In this document: positions 45,276 to 54,787 of the stretch, one piece after another
How positions within the stretch are numbered: the first letter of the stretch is position 1
Layout: each line of letters opens with the position of its first letter
DNA from: a virus
Taxonomy: Duplodnaviria; Heunggongvirae; Uroviricota; Caudoviricetes
Strand: one strand, 5' to 3'
DNA length: 64,000 nt
Virus record (IMG/VR): IMGVR_UViG_3300011337_000358
Made by a program: the position numbers and the translations under genes
The notes under the pieces: model-generated
What the model was told of the DNA's origin: nothing
Database searches by the model: none
What the model saw: the letters and a program-made list of their open reading frames with translations, nothing else

Positions 45276-45300
45276 CAATAAATCACTTTGGGTATATAAT
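45272..45300 (+). promoter_or_regulatory. Promoter cassette copy 3 (TTGACA-17-TATAAT), UTR subtype 2
   Basis: Consensus. Confidence 0.7.
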
Positions 45301-45334
45301 AGAGTCTTATTCAGTCAAACAACAGGAGTTAAAA

Positions 45335-45538
45335 ATGGGTCTCGAAAAAGACGTTCTCGCTAAGGTTGCTAGTGTTATCGGTGATGACAAATCTGCCGCG
45401 TTTGAATATGGTACTTTGTTTGTTATGTGTGAAGAAAGTCAGGCCCGTTCAGTGTTTCACAAACTGAGCAAAGACTACGGTTTTGGTAAAGTACGTGTTT
45501 CTAAAACCCCCTTTGAATATGCTTTTGATTTTGTTTAA
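45335..45538 (+). CDS. Hypothetical small protein (promoter-cassette gene)
   Basis: Cassette promoter at 45272-45300; RBS AGGAG. Confidence 0.55.
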   Translation: MGLEKDVLAKVASVIGDDKSAAFEYGTLFVMCEESQARSVFHKLSKDYGFGKVRVSKTPFEYAFDFV

Positions 45539-45547
45539 GGAGTAATC

Positions 45548-46201
45548 ATGGCTCGCTATCAAAAACCCGTTCTCAATATCCCTGCTGAAAACGTCTGGGG
45601 TGCGGCATGTCAGGCACAACGCATTAACGGTGCCTATGTTAAACTGAGTGTGTTGACAGAGGCTGACAAGACAGAGAACAAATTGTCCAATCGTCAACTG
45701 GTCGAAAGTTTCATGGTTGACCCTAGCTTGATTACCGAAGAAGATATGGAGCAAGGTAAAAAAGTTCGTGCATTTTATCAGGCATTCACTTTCAAAATCT
45801 TGCAAGGCAAACGATTGAATGAATTTGACAACACCGCAATGTTGCTTGCCAATCGTGATGTTATTACTGGTAGTTATGATGTTGCGGTTATTGCTAGTTT
45901 GCCAAGTTGCTATGAGCGTGGTATGAAACGTCAAACAGCAGACCAACGTGTTAATTTTGCTAGCGGTGGATTTGTGGGTTCAGTTGGTGATAAAGTTTCA
46001 ACTACTATTGAAGTATTGAAATCTGTATTCTCAATGAAATGGGGCACACACTATGTTACCGGCATCACTAGTGATGACCAAGTAGTGTTCTTTGCTTACA
46101 AAAGTGAATTACCAATTGGTAAGATATATGATATTTATGGTACTGTTAAAGCACACCGAGATAACACTACCCAACTTAATCGTGTAAAGGTTATTGTATG
46201 A
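45548..46201 (+). CDS. Hypothetical protein
   Basis: RBS AAGGAG. Confidence 0.55.
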   Translation: MARYQKPVLNIPAENVWGAACQAQRINGAYVKLSVLTEADKTENKLSNRQLVESFMVDPSLITEEDMEQGKKVRAFYQAFTFKILQGKRLNEFDNTAMLLANRDVITGSYDVAVIASLPSCYERGMKRQTADQRVNFASGGFVGSVGDKVSTTIEVLKSVFSMKWGTHYVTGITSDDQVVFFAYKSELPIGKIYDIYGTVKAHRDNTTQLNRVKVIV

Positions 46202-46485
46202 ACGAACGAATTCGACAACTGGCTCTACAGGCTGATGAATATGCTGAACAAACTGTTCATTATTATATGGGTCAGTTTGATGGATTGACTTGGGAAGGCA
46301 AAATCAAACAAACAAGAGATACAAAGTTCGCCGAGTTGATTGTTAGGGAATGTATTGACAAGATTACAACTTATGATTTGGTTCCAGGTCATTCAGCCAA
46401 ATGGGAAGATATCTACGATATCCATACTAGGCTGCTACAAGACTTAGGTGAAGAATTGAAAGAACATTTCGGAGTTGAAGAATGA
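46198..46485 (+). CDS. Small protein, 'MNERIRQL…FAELIVREC…KEHFGVEE' family
   Basis: Paralog motifs present. Confidence 0.5.
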   Translation: MNERIRQLALQADEYAEQTVHYYMGQFDGLTWEGKIKQTRDTKFAELIVRECIDKITTYDLVPGHSAKWEDIYDIHTRLLQDLGEELKEHFGVEE

Positions 46486-46709
46486 ATACAGAATTGATTC
46501 AGAAATTGAAGTCACAATGTATCTTCCGTGAAATGCGTGGTACTACTGCGTTTAACAGTTATATGGTAGATCGGTTTGATAGTGAAAAGTTTGCAGAACT
46601 GATTGTACGAGAGTGTGACCGTTATGCCCGTAGTGTATGGGAACATGGTCCATTGTTAGGTAAGGATTTGTTAATACATTTTGGAATTGAGGAGATGAGT
46701 GATGAGTAA
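46482..46709 (+). CDS. Small protein, same family
   Basis: 'FAELIVRECDRY…IHFGIEE'. Confidence 0.5.
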   Translation: MNTELIQKLKSQCIFREMRGTTAFNSYMVDRFDSEKFAELIVRECDRYARSVWEHGPLLGKDLLIHFGIEEMSDE

Positions 46710-46830
46710 ATTAATTATTGGTTTTATTCTTGGTATTGTTGTATCAACGGTTGGCTTTAGTGGCATCGCTAGAATGGCTGATAAAGGCGTAGACAAGGTT
46801 AAAGAAGTAACCATCGAACAAGCAAAGTGA
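46702..46830 (+). CDS. Small single-TM membrane peptide (42 aa)
   Basis: 'MSKLIIGFILGIVVSTVGFSGIA'. Confidence 0.3.
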   Translation: MSKLIIGFILGIVVSTVGFSGIARMADKGVDKVKEVTIEQAK

Positions 46831-46859
46831 AATTTAAACGTAAACAGGTGGAGGATAAA

Positions 46860-47282
46860 ATGGGACTAGATATGTATGCTTATGTTGCCAGCAGAAAAGG
46901 TCAGTATGATGAATTCCATGAAAAGGCTGAATGGGATGAGACTATAAAAGATTTTACCTCTCCTATCAGTAAGCCATTGGAGATTGCTTATTGGCGTAAG
47001 CATCCTAACTTGCATGGTTGGATGGAACAACTATGGGAACGCAAAGGCAAACCCGGTGCAGGCCCTAAAGAAATATTCAATGGCATTGAATTGGAACTGA
47101 CATGGGATGATTTGGATGAGCTTGAACGAGCTATTCTCCGTGGTCAACTCCCGGATACTCAAGGTTTCTTTTTTGGTAAACCAGCAGATAATCGTTATTA
47201 TGAACAAGACCTAGAGTTTGTAGACAACGCTAAGGCGGAAGTGTTTTTGGGATTGAAAGTATTTTACAACAGTAGTTGGTAA
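46860..47282 (+). CDS. Hypothetical protein
   Basis: RBS GGTGGAGG 7 nt upstream of the ATG at 46860. Confidence 0.5.
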   Translation: MGLDMYAYVASRKGQYDEFHEKAEWDETIKDFTSPISKPLEIAYWRKHPNLHGWMEQLWERKGKPGAGPKEIFNGIELELTWDDLDELERAILRGQLPDTQGFFFGKPADNRYYEQDLEFVDNAKAEVFLGLKVFYNSSW

Positions 47283-47385
47283 TGTATATTACAAATAAAT
47301 ATCATTCAATTAAGTTGCCATATAGTGAAGATTTATTAGAATGGCTGATTGAAACATATCCTAAATCAGAATATAGAGTAGTAAA

Positions 47386-47724
47386 ATGAACGAAAATATT
47401 AAAGCAGGTGGAGACATTCACGCAGGTGATGGTGGTTACTCTATTGGCACCAAAGAAAAATATGATGAATTTGTGAAGAATAGGAATCGTATGAACGACC
47501 GAATTCGACAACTTATAGAGCAAGCTACGGATACTATAGAAATTGTTAATCCAGATACTGGAATCACTCATTATCGTGAGTTTTTTGATAAGGAAAAATT
47601 TGCCGAGTTGATTGTGTGGGAATGTATGGAACAGGTTTGGTATAGTCGTGAAGATAGTATCAACGGCAATGTTTCCGAAGTTATCAAAGACAGGATTAAG
47701 AAACATTTCGGAGTTGAAGAATGA
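47386..47724 (+). CDS. Small protein of the MNERIRQ family (alternative start at 47491 'MNDRIRQL' matches the paralogs)
   Basis: 'MNDRIRQLIEQ…FAELIVWECMEQ…KKHFGVEE'. Confidence 0.45.
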   Translation: MNENIKAGGDIHAGDGGYSIGTKEKYDEFVKNRNRMNDRIRQLIEQATDTIEIVNPDTGITHYREFFDKEKFAELIVWECMEQVWYSREDSINGNVSEVIKDRIKKHFGVEE

Positions 47725-48116
47725 ACTTAACAAAATACAGTAAAAACAAAATGTTGCAAACATTTGCACGTTGGGAAGTTCCCAAAGAGTTTGTTGAACC
47801 TTTCTATAACTATCTAGTCTGGGGATTTAGGCCAGGTAGTTGTTTTGAAGCAATACTGGCTAATGATTTTGCCAAGGCAATCTCACGTAGTCATCCTAGT
47901 AATACTATAGAAGCGTACAAAGCCTTGGTAGGTTGGATTGACAGCACAGTACCGAAAGTAGCACGTGGCAGTCATAAACAGATTCTGCTTTGGTCTAGTA
48001 TTGATGAAGAACAACGTAGAAGTATTTTAGAAGAACATCGCTTGATCTTCACCAGCAAGGAAGAAGTTATGTTGATTCTAAAAGATGAACGTATAGTTGA
48101 ACCACACTTATATTAA
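47721..48116 (+). CDS. Hypothetical protein
   Basis: ORF. Confidence 0.5.
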   Translation: MNLTKYSKNKMLQTFARWEVPKEFVEPFYNYLVWGFRPGSCFEAILANDFAKAISRSHPSNTIEAYKALVGWIDSTVPKVARGSHKQILLWSSIDEEQRRSILEEHRLIFTSKEEVMLILKDERIVEPHLY

Positions 48117-48156
48117 GGTAACATAATCACTAACTAAATATGCTACTAGGTGTAGT

Positions 48157-48390
48157 ATGTTCCACAAATTGTTTAAAGATGTAATTATAATAATATTATC
48201 AATATTAGCAATATACTTTTGGTTGGGAAATGAAACAGAATATTATGAATATGATAACTCCGATGATGTTACCATTGAATATAAATGTAGTGTAATTAAA
48301 GAATACCAACATGTTCCAGCCGAAGTTCTTAAGGAATGTAGGAAACGGAAAAACGTACCCGAAGATATTGACGATAAAACAGCAGTGTGA
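48157..48390 (+). CDS. Hypothetical small membrane protein
   Basis: N-terminal TM segment. Confidence 0.4.
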   Translation: MFHKLFKDVIIIILSILAIYFWLGNETEYYEYDNSDDVTIEYKCSVIKEYQHVPAEVLKECRKRKNVPEDIDDKTAV

Positions 48391-48396
48391 TATAAT
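48368..48396 (+). promoter_or_regulatory. Promoter TTGACG-17-TATAAT (extended TGTGATATAAT) for the ligase
   Basis: Hexamers. Confidence 0.55.
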
Positions 48397-48425
48397 ATAA
48401 CATATTATTAACTTAAGGAATTTTC

Positions 48426-49763
48426 ATGTCAGCATCGTGGATTCGTAAACTAAATGAATCAGACAGCCGCCTTCACAAGGAAGACGTAATCAAACAAGCA
48501 TTAGAGGCAAGTGTCCTTGGTAGCACAAATGCTATTAATTTCCTCTCATTCACTAAAGCCTGTTATAACCCGTATGTAACATTTGGTGTTCGTCAAATAC
48601 CAGAACTGGTAGGGATCACTAACGCAGAAAATCCCTGGGAAGAATTTAATGAGTTGATGTTACAACTTAGTCAACGTAGATTGACTGGTCATGCCGCACG
48701 TGATGCTATTCAAAGTATGGCTGAACGTTTTGATAGTGACGAATGGAATACATTCTTAGCACCTGTATTGCGTAGAGACTTACGTGCAGGCATTAGCGAC
48801 AAAACAATCAATAAAATTTGTAAGAAAACAGATTATGAAATTCCAATCTTTGGTTGTCAATTAGCGACCAACAGTGAAGGTCGTCCTGAGATGAAAGGCA
48901 TCAAACGTCTTGAACCTAAGTTAGACGGTGTTCGCATGTTGATGATGGTCATCCCAAGCGATTTTGGTGATGTGACTATTATCTGTTTTAGTCGCAATGG
49001 CAAACAGTTTGATAACTTCATTGACATTGAAAAACAAGTGCGTGATAATTGGGTCAAGATGGTTCGCAAGGCCGCAACGTCAAACTTGAGTATGGGATTT
49101 GTACTTGATGGTGAAGTGATTGGTAATAGTTTCCAAGAACTAATGCGACAAGCCCGCCGCAAGACTGATGTACGAGCAGAAGATAGTGTCTATAATGTGT
49201 TTGACATTTTACCTCTAGATGCTTTCCGTGAAGGTCATTGGAATGCTCAACTTGAAAAGCGCATCAAAATCTTAGATGACATGCGCCCGATCATTGATAC
49301 TATGCCTAATGTCGAATTGCTTCCGCACATCATGGTTGACCTTGATACGGCCGCAGGTAAGGATCAACTTGAACGCTATGCCAAAGATAATGTGAACGCA
49401 GGGTTTGAGGGCATTATGATTAAAGAATTAGAAGCACCATATATCTGTAAGCGTAGTACAGATTGGATGAAATGGAAACCTACGATTACAGTAGACTTGG
49501 AGGTAGTAGGTGTTGAAGAAGGAACTGGTAGAAATTTGGGAAGACTTGGAGCACTTGTTTGTCATGGAGTTGACGACGGGAAAGAAATTACAGTCAATGT
49601 GGGTAGTGGCTTTAGTGATACTGATAGAGATGACTATTGGACTAACCGTAATTTGGTCATTGGTCGTACTGCTGAAGTCCTGTGTGATGTGATTACACAG
49701 AACCAAGATGGAACATACAGTTTACGTTTTCCTCGATTTGTTAGATTTAGGGATGACAAATGA
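48426..49763 (+). CDS. ATP-dependent DNA ligase, T4 gp30-like
   Basis: Motif I 'LEPKLDGVRMLM' (KxDG). 'LTGHAARDAI' and 'VLRRDLRAGISDKT' parallel T4 ligase 'LTGNAAIEEL' and 'VMMRDLECGASVS'. Promoter TTGACG-17-TATAAT at 48368-48396. Confidence 0.85.
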   Translation: MSASWIRKLNESDSRLHKEDVIKQALEASVLGSTNAINFLSFTKACYNPYVTFGVRQIPELVGITNAENPWEEFNELMLQLSQRRLTGHAARDAIQSMAERFDSDEWNTFLAPVLRRDLRAGISDKTINKICKKTDYEIPIFGCQLATNSEGRPEMKGIKRLEPKLDGVRMLMMVIPSDFGDVTIICFSRNGKQFDNFIDIEKQVRDNWVKMVRKAATSNLSMGFVLDGEVIGNSFQELMRQARRKTDVRAEDSVYNVFDILPLDAFREGHWNAQLEKRIKILDDMRPIIDTMPNVELLPHIMVDLDTAAGKDQLERYAKDNVNAGFEGIMIKELEAPYICKRSTDWMKWKPTITVDLEVVGVEEGTGRNLGRLGALVCHGVDDGKEITVNVGSGFSDTDRDDYWTNRNLVIGRTAEVLCDVITQNQDGTYSLRFPRFVRFRDDK

Positions 49764-49936
49764 TTAAAGTAGTATTTGCATTCATTGTTATTTTTGCACT
49801 ATTCTTTTTGGGCATCAAAACTATCAGAAATATGTCCGGTAAAGATGCATTGGCATTGACAAAAATAGTAGGTTATAGTATACTATGTTCACTACTGACG
49901 ATTGCGATATTAATTTCAATCGTTGTTATTTTTTAA
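49760..49936 (+). CDS. Small two-TM membrane protein (58 aa)
   Basis: 'MIKVVFAFIVIFALFFLGI…ILCSLLTIAILISIVVIF'. Confidence 0.35.
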   Translation: MIKVVFAFIVIFALFFLGIKTIRNMSGKDALALTKIVGYSILCSLLTIAILISIVVIF

Positions 49937-49946
49937 GGACTATAAT

Positions 49947-50033
49947 ATGTTTCCTGACTTTCTTATTAGACCTTTGTATTTTATACTTGGGTTTGTTTTT
50001 TGTTTTTTTCTTTTTGTAAAAGGTATTATCTAA
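49947..50033 (+). CDS. Tiny hydrophobic peptide (28 aa)
   Basis: 'MFPDFLIRPLYFILGFVFCFFLFVKGII'. Confidence 0.2.
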   Translation: MFPDFLIRPLYFILGFVFCFFLFVKGII

Positions 50034-50034
50034 A

Positions 50035-50832
50035 ATGATTCGCTCTATTAAAATTGGTTTTGTTCTCACCGCAGTTGCACTGGTTAGTGCATGTACTCGC
50101 ATTGAGACTGGTGAGGTTGGTGTACGTGTTGGTTTTGATAAACAAGTGCAAAGTGGTGAACTCTTACCCGGCTCATTTAATCAAACCTTTATTGGTGACG
50201 TTCTTACATTTCCAATCAAAGACGTTAATGTTAAACTGGATGATATGACTCCAGTTGCTAAAGATAACAGCACCATGAAAGACTTTGATGCTGTGGTTAT
50301 CTATAACATCAATCAAGCACAGGTTGCTGAATTGTACTCAACTAAGAGTCAAGCATTCCACGCTCGGCATAACGGTGATATTTACTTGATGTACAACTAT
50401 ATTGTTCAAGCCACACGTAATGCTATCTACAAAGAAGCACGTAAGTATGAAGCACTGGATATGGCAGACAATCGCCAGGCTATGGAACAGGCAATTAAAG
50501 AACAAGTTCAAAAGTCACTAGCTGATGAAAAACTTGACGGTAGTTTAATTATTGGACAGGTATTGATTCGAAATATTGTACCTGCAGATTCAGTTGTTGC
50601 TAGTGCAAATGAGTTGGTTCGTGCTAAGAATGAATTGAAACAAAAAGAAGTTGAAGTTAAGACAGCAAAGATGGAAGCTGAACGTATGCAAGCATTGAGT
50701 AATCAAGGTGCTCAAAGTATTGCTTACATGCAAGCGCAGGCCATGATGAATATTTCTGAAGGTATTAAGAACGGCAAGGTGCAGACTATTGTTGTTCCAA
50801 GTAACTTCAATGCATTGATGATGAGCAGGTAA
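50035..50832 (+). CDS. SPFH/band-7 (HflC/prohibitin-like) domain lipoprotein
   Basis: Lipobox 'ALVSAC'. 'IETGEVGVRVGFDKQV' matches the SPFH N-terminal block. Long C-terminal coiled coil. A terminator follows. Confidence 0.65.
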   Translation: MIRSIKIGFVLTAVALVSACTRIETGEVGVRVGFDKQVQSGELLPGSFNQTFIGDVLTFPIKDVNVKLDDMTPVAKDNSTMKDFDAVVIYNINQAQVAELYSTKSQAFHARHNGDIYLMYNYIVQATRNAIYKEARKYEALDMADNRQAMEQAIKEQVQKSLADEKLDGSLIIGQVLIRNIVPADSVVASANELVRAKNELKQKEVEVKTAKMEAERMQALSNQGAQSIAYMQAQAMMNISEGIKNGKVQTIVVPSNFNALMMSR

Positions 50833-50840
50833 TAAAAATA

Positions 50841-50875
50841 GGGGAGATTCTCTCCCTTATTCCTTAATTTTTGAA
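50841..50875 (+). terminator. Rho-independent terminator after the SPFH gene
   Basis: 'GGGGAGATTCTCTCCC' hairpin followed by 'TTATTCCTTAATTTTT'. Confidence 0.6.
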
Positions 50876-50886
50876 AGGACCATATT

Positions 50887-52254
50887 ATGGTAACAATCGT
50901 TAAACATGAATGGCATCAACATGATAGACAATATGCTATTGAACTTGATGAAGCACTATTGAGTGAGATTTATCCCGACAAGGAAGAAGATGAGATTAAA
51001 GTAATACTAGATGGTATTGCTGATGGCACATATGATTATGAAGATGTTATTAATGATGCCTATGAGAATGACGTAGAGATTGAATGGGAGTTTCAGTATG
51101 ATGATTGTTGGACTGACCGCAAAGGTGGGTACGATGTTACATACGAACTAGGTGATGAAGATAGTTGGCATAGTGACCCGCCTCCACCAGAGCCTACTCA
51201 TAAGTGCACCAAATGTAAGTGGACTGGTCAGAGTTATGATGCTGAATGGGTGTGGCCCGATGAAGATGCTCCCGGCAAGCATGAGGCAAAGAAAGTCTGT
51301 CCTTACTGTGAAAGTGATGTTGAACTAACAGAAGCCGGTGTCATAGCAGAAAAAGAAAGTGCTGAACGTACAGCACGATGGGCTAAAGAAGCCAGTGATG
51401 CTGAGGAAGAAGTTCCTTGTTTCAGTTGTGGTGCAATGCACAAAGAAAGTGAACTACCTGAAATCAAAGAGAGTGGTTACTACTGTCCTGATTGCCATGA
51501 AGGTTGGGTTATGATGGAAGATCGGCCGACAGATGAAGAACCGGTTGATGAGGTTGAATTGGAACGAGCATTAGAAGAACTCAAAGCAGAGTTTGAAACA
51601 TTGACTGCGGATGATGATTCATTAAAAGAAAGTTATCCTGAAGATACATATACAATTCGTATCTGGGGTCGCACCCGTGAGATTGGTGTACATAAGATTA
51701 AGAAACAACAATACGACCATTGGAGTAGTGAAGAACACGAAGATGATTTGAGTGATGCTCTTAATGAGAACTATGACTATGATGAGAATGGTACTCCCAA
51801 AGCGGCAAGATTTGATTCTGCTTATTACGAGTACCAAGATAAGATTTCGTTCTGGGGTTTTGACCAAGATGATACACACATGACTATTGAAAATAGTGAA
51901 GGTGAAACAATATATGATGGTGATTTGGAATCATTCTTTGGCGAAGCACATGGTGAAGAAGATAGTCTATATGATACTACCGAAGAACAAGAAGAACTAT
52001 ATCCAGAATATCTTGGTAAAGGTTACTGGTTGATGTGGACACAAGGTGGTAAAGGATCTTGTATTCAAACTACTATTGAGGGTGTGTTTGAACCTAAGAA
52101 ACTTAAAGCACTTAACTGGGATATTCAGGGCACAAGTGTAGTTACACGATTAGTATATGACGGTGAAGAATTAAGTGATGATGGTATGGACAGTGAACAT
52201 GACAACTGGCGTGGTCAGTGGTCACAGTTTGATGTATATCATAATACAAAATGA
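50887..52254 (+). CDS. Acidic protein with two zinc ribbons, 'WEF.DD' family member 3
   Basis: 'VEIEWEFQYDDCW'; 'CTKCKW…CPYCESD'; 'CFSCGAMH…CPDCHEG'. Confidence 0.55.
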   Translation: MVTIVKHEWHQHDRQYAIELDEALLSEIYPDKEEDEIKVILDGIADGTYDYEDVINDAYENDVEIEWEFQYDDCWTDRKGGYDVTYELGDEDSWHSDPPPPEPTHKCTKCKWTGQSYDAEWVWPDEDAPGKHEAKKVCPYCESDVELTEAGVIAEKESAERTARWAKEASDAEEEVPCFSCGAMHKESELPEIKESGYYCPDCHEGWVMMEDRPTDEEPVDEVELERALEELKAEFETLTADDDSLKESYPEDTYTIRIWGRTREIGVHKIKKQQYDHWSSEEHEDDLSDALNENYDYDENGTPKAARFDSAYYEYQDKISFWGFDQDDTHMTIENSEGETIYDGDLESFFGEAHGEEDSLYDTTEEQEELYPEYLGKGYWLMWTQGGKGSCIQTTIEGVFEPKKLKALNWDIQGTSVVTRLVYDGEELSDDGMDSEHDNWRGQWSQFDVYHNTK

Positions 52255-52472
52255 CACCAGAACAATTAATACCCGGATTAAGCTATACGTTTGAAGATGG
52301 TAATAAGATTGAAATCATTCAAGTAAGAATGGTTGATGAACAAAGAGGTGGCCCATCAGTCACTTACTTTACTCATCAAGGTCGTGGCATACCTCAAAAG
52401 TTAATTATGCCTATGGAACCCTTCCTTGAATTGTATGGCCATCTATTCGAAGATAATCCACCCATAGAATAG
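52251..52472 (+). CDS. Hypothetical small protein
   Basis: ORF. Confidence 0.45.
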   Translation: MTPEQLIPGLSYTFEDGNKIEIIQVRMVDEQRGGPSVTYFTHQGRGIPQKLIMPMEPFLELYGHLFEDNPPIE

Positions 52473-52485
52473 ACTAAATACATAG

Positions 52486-54096
52486 ATGTTAAATAGAATA
52501 TTAAATTTTTCCAACCTCACATTATTAGTAGCACTGTCACTTAGTTCAGTAGCTGCCTGGTATAGTATCATAGGTCTAACTGCTATCTTTGCAGGTGCAG
52601 TTATTCCTGTTATCATCATGGGTAGTATCCTAGAAATAGGTAAGATTACTACTACAGTATGGCTACGTAAATACTGGCATCGTGCTGGATGGCTACTAAA
52701 ACTATACTTGGTTCCCGCCGTTATAGCATTGGCATTATTAACCAGCATGGGTATCTTTGGCTTCTTAAGCAAAGCACACATGGATCAAGGTATGATATCA
52801 GGTGACGTAATAGCTAAGATTGCAATATATGATGAAAAAATCAAAACCGAAAAAGAGAATATTGAAGCAAACCGTAAGGCACTTAAACAGATGGATGAGG
52901 GAGTGGACCAAGTACTGGGCCGCTCAACAACAGAAACGGGTGCAGAAAGAGCTGTGGCTATGCGAAAGTCCCAGCAGAAAGAGCGTACTCGACTTCAAAA
53001 TGAAATACTACAGTCGCAAAAGTCTATCGCGGAACTTAACGATGCACGTGCGCCTATTGCCGCCGAGGTACGTAAAGTCGAAGCAGAAGTTGGGCCAATT
53101 AAGTATATCGCCGCATTAATATACGGTGACAATACTGATGCGAACATGTTGGAAGCCGCAGTTCGTTGGGTTATTATTTTACTTGTTATTGTATTTGATC
53201 CATTAGCTATTGCACTTGTACTTGCGGCAAATGCAAGCAGAGAATGGGACGATGAAGAACCTAATAAAGAAGAACCGGCATATGAACCAGATGACGGACC
53301 ATTAACAGAAAATCAAATTGAACAAATAAAACAAAATGTTAATGATCTTGAGGTAACAACAGAAGAGGAAGAAGCGTTTAAATCGCTTGAACCAAAAGGT
53401 AGTGACCCTACAAATAACTGTTATTTGTGTGGTACTGAGTTAATCAATGCTCCCGGTATAGGTCCATTCTGTCCCAATAAGTCATGTAAGGTGATGGATA
53501 ATACAATGGGGGCAAACTGGGAAGTTATTAAACCGGAACCTGAAAAATCTTTATTAGAACAACATCCTTACTTAAATAAAGGATTTGACCATTTCAAAAA
53601 TCTAAAGCCAATGGTTACGTCAACTAATAAGATAGTTCCAGAAATAACGGAACTTACAGTTGACTCAACTAAGCCAATTGATGTTGTAACTGAGGGTGTT
53701 ACTATTCCCAAACCGTTTAAAGAATTAGAAGGTGGTTATGTAACATTTGAAGGTAAACACATGCACCGTGATGTGTTAATGGGTAATCATCCCGAAGTAT
53801 TTAAATTAGTAGCAGATTCCGCAAGATCAGCTAATACTAGTTTTGGAACTGAATTCCCAAAAATAGCAGAAAAAGGTGATTCTTTTGTTCGGGTAGATGT
53901 ATTGCCAAACCGTGTGTATAAGTTTGATGGAACTAGATGGATTATCGTAAATAAGGATGTATCCAAAAGTTATTTACATGACCAAGAATATATAAAATAT
54001 CTCATAACTAAAATAGACAATGGTGAGTATGATATTGAATTATTGAGTGATTCCGAAAAACAGCAAATTGAAGAACACTTGACCAAAAAGTCTTGA
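52486..54096 (+). CDS. Membrane protein (N-terminal multi-TM) with coiled coil and zinc ribbon
   Basis: Hydrophobic N-terminal 110 aa plus 'IILLVIVFDPLAIALVLAA'; 'CYLCG…CPNKSC'. Confidence 0.55.
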   Translation: MLNRILNFSNLTLLVALSLSSVAAWYSIIGLTAIFAGAVIPVIIMGSILEIGKITTTVWLRKYWHRAGWLLKLYLVPAVIALALLTSMGIFGFLSKAHMDQGMISGDVIAKIAIYDEKIKTEKENIEANRKALKQMDEGVDQVLGRSTTETGAERAVAMRKSQQKERTRLQNEILQSQKSIAELNDARAPIAAEVRKVEAEVGPIKYIAALIYGDNTDANMLEAAVRWVIILLVIVFDPLAIALVLAANASREWDDEEPNKEEPAYEPDDGPLTENQIEQIKQNVNDLEVTTEEEEAFKSLEPKGSDPTNNCYLCGTELINAPGIGPFCPNKSCKVMDNTMGANWEVIKPEPEKSLLEQHPYLNKGFDHFKNLKPMVTSTNKIVPEITELTVDSTKPIDVVTEGVTIPKPFKELEGGYVTFEGKHMHRDVLMGNHPEVFKLVADSARSANTSFGTEFPKIAEKGDSFVRVDVLPNRVYKFDGTRWIIVNKDVSKSYLHDQEYIKYLITKIDNGEYDIELLSDSEKQQIEEHLTKKS

Positions 54097-54121
54097 ACAA
54101 AACTCCAGTTTAGTATATAAT
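54093..54121 (+). promoter_or_regulatory. Promoter TTGAAC-17-TATAAT for the lipoprotein
   Basis: Hexamers. Confidence 0.5.
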
Positions 54122-54151
54122 AATAACATTATTAACTAACTGGAGTTTCCA

Positions 54152-54784
54152 ATGAAAAAACTAATTGTTTGTGCAACTGTACTAGCCTTAACTGGTTGCG
54201 GCAATTTTGGTAAAAAATCTGATGAGCATGAACCAATTCGCAATCAGAAACTTTCAACCTCTTTTAAAAATGATACAATCCGTATTGAAACAGATTGTGT
54301 TTGGTATAAGCCATGGAAAAGTGATTGTGATGTGACTTCAATCGAAGCTACCGCAACTGCTAGTGCTAACGGCAATACTGATTCAAATCGCCGTACTGCG
54401 TTGATTCGTGCAGGTGATCGTGCTAGGGCTAGTGTTCGTCATTTTATTCAAGAAGACTTGAATAGTACCCGAACTCAGTCTACACTTGCCAAGAATGTAG
54501 AGAAAGCAAGTGATAGAATGAAATCATCTACTGTCAATGGCGAGACGGTAGCAATTAGTGATACTGATGCTGAAAAGGATTCAAGCCATAGTATTCGCAC
54601 TAATAGCAATGATACTGCATATCAATTACAAGAATCTATTCGTGTTAATGCAAGTGGCATTTTGCGTGGATTCAGGGTAGTAAAACAAGAAGTTATTGGT
54701 GGGCAAGAAGTTAGTGTAACGATTCGCTGGGATAAAGATTCCGAAAATACTGCTAATCTTTTGCGTAAAAAATTCGGTAATTAA
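54152..54784 (+). CDS. Lipoprotein (210 aa)
   Basis: Lipobox 'LALTGCG'. Promoter TTGAAC-17-TATAAT at 54093-54121. Confidence 0.6.
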   Translation: MKKLIVCATVLALTGCGNFGKKSDEHEPIRNQKLSTSFKNDTIRIETDCVWYKPWKSDCDVTSIEATATASANGNTDSNRRTALIRAGDRARASVRHFIQEDLNSTRTQSTLAKNVEKASDRMKSSTVNGETVAISDTDAEKDSSHSIRTNSNDTAYQLQESIRVNASGILRGFRVVKQEVIGGQEVSVTIRWDKDSENTANLLRKKFGN

Positions 54785-54787
54785 AAA

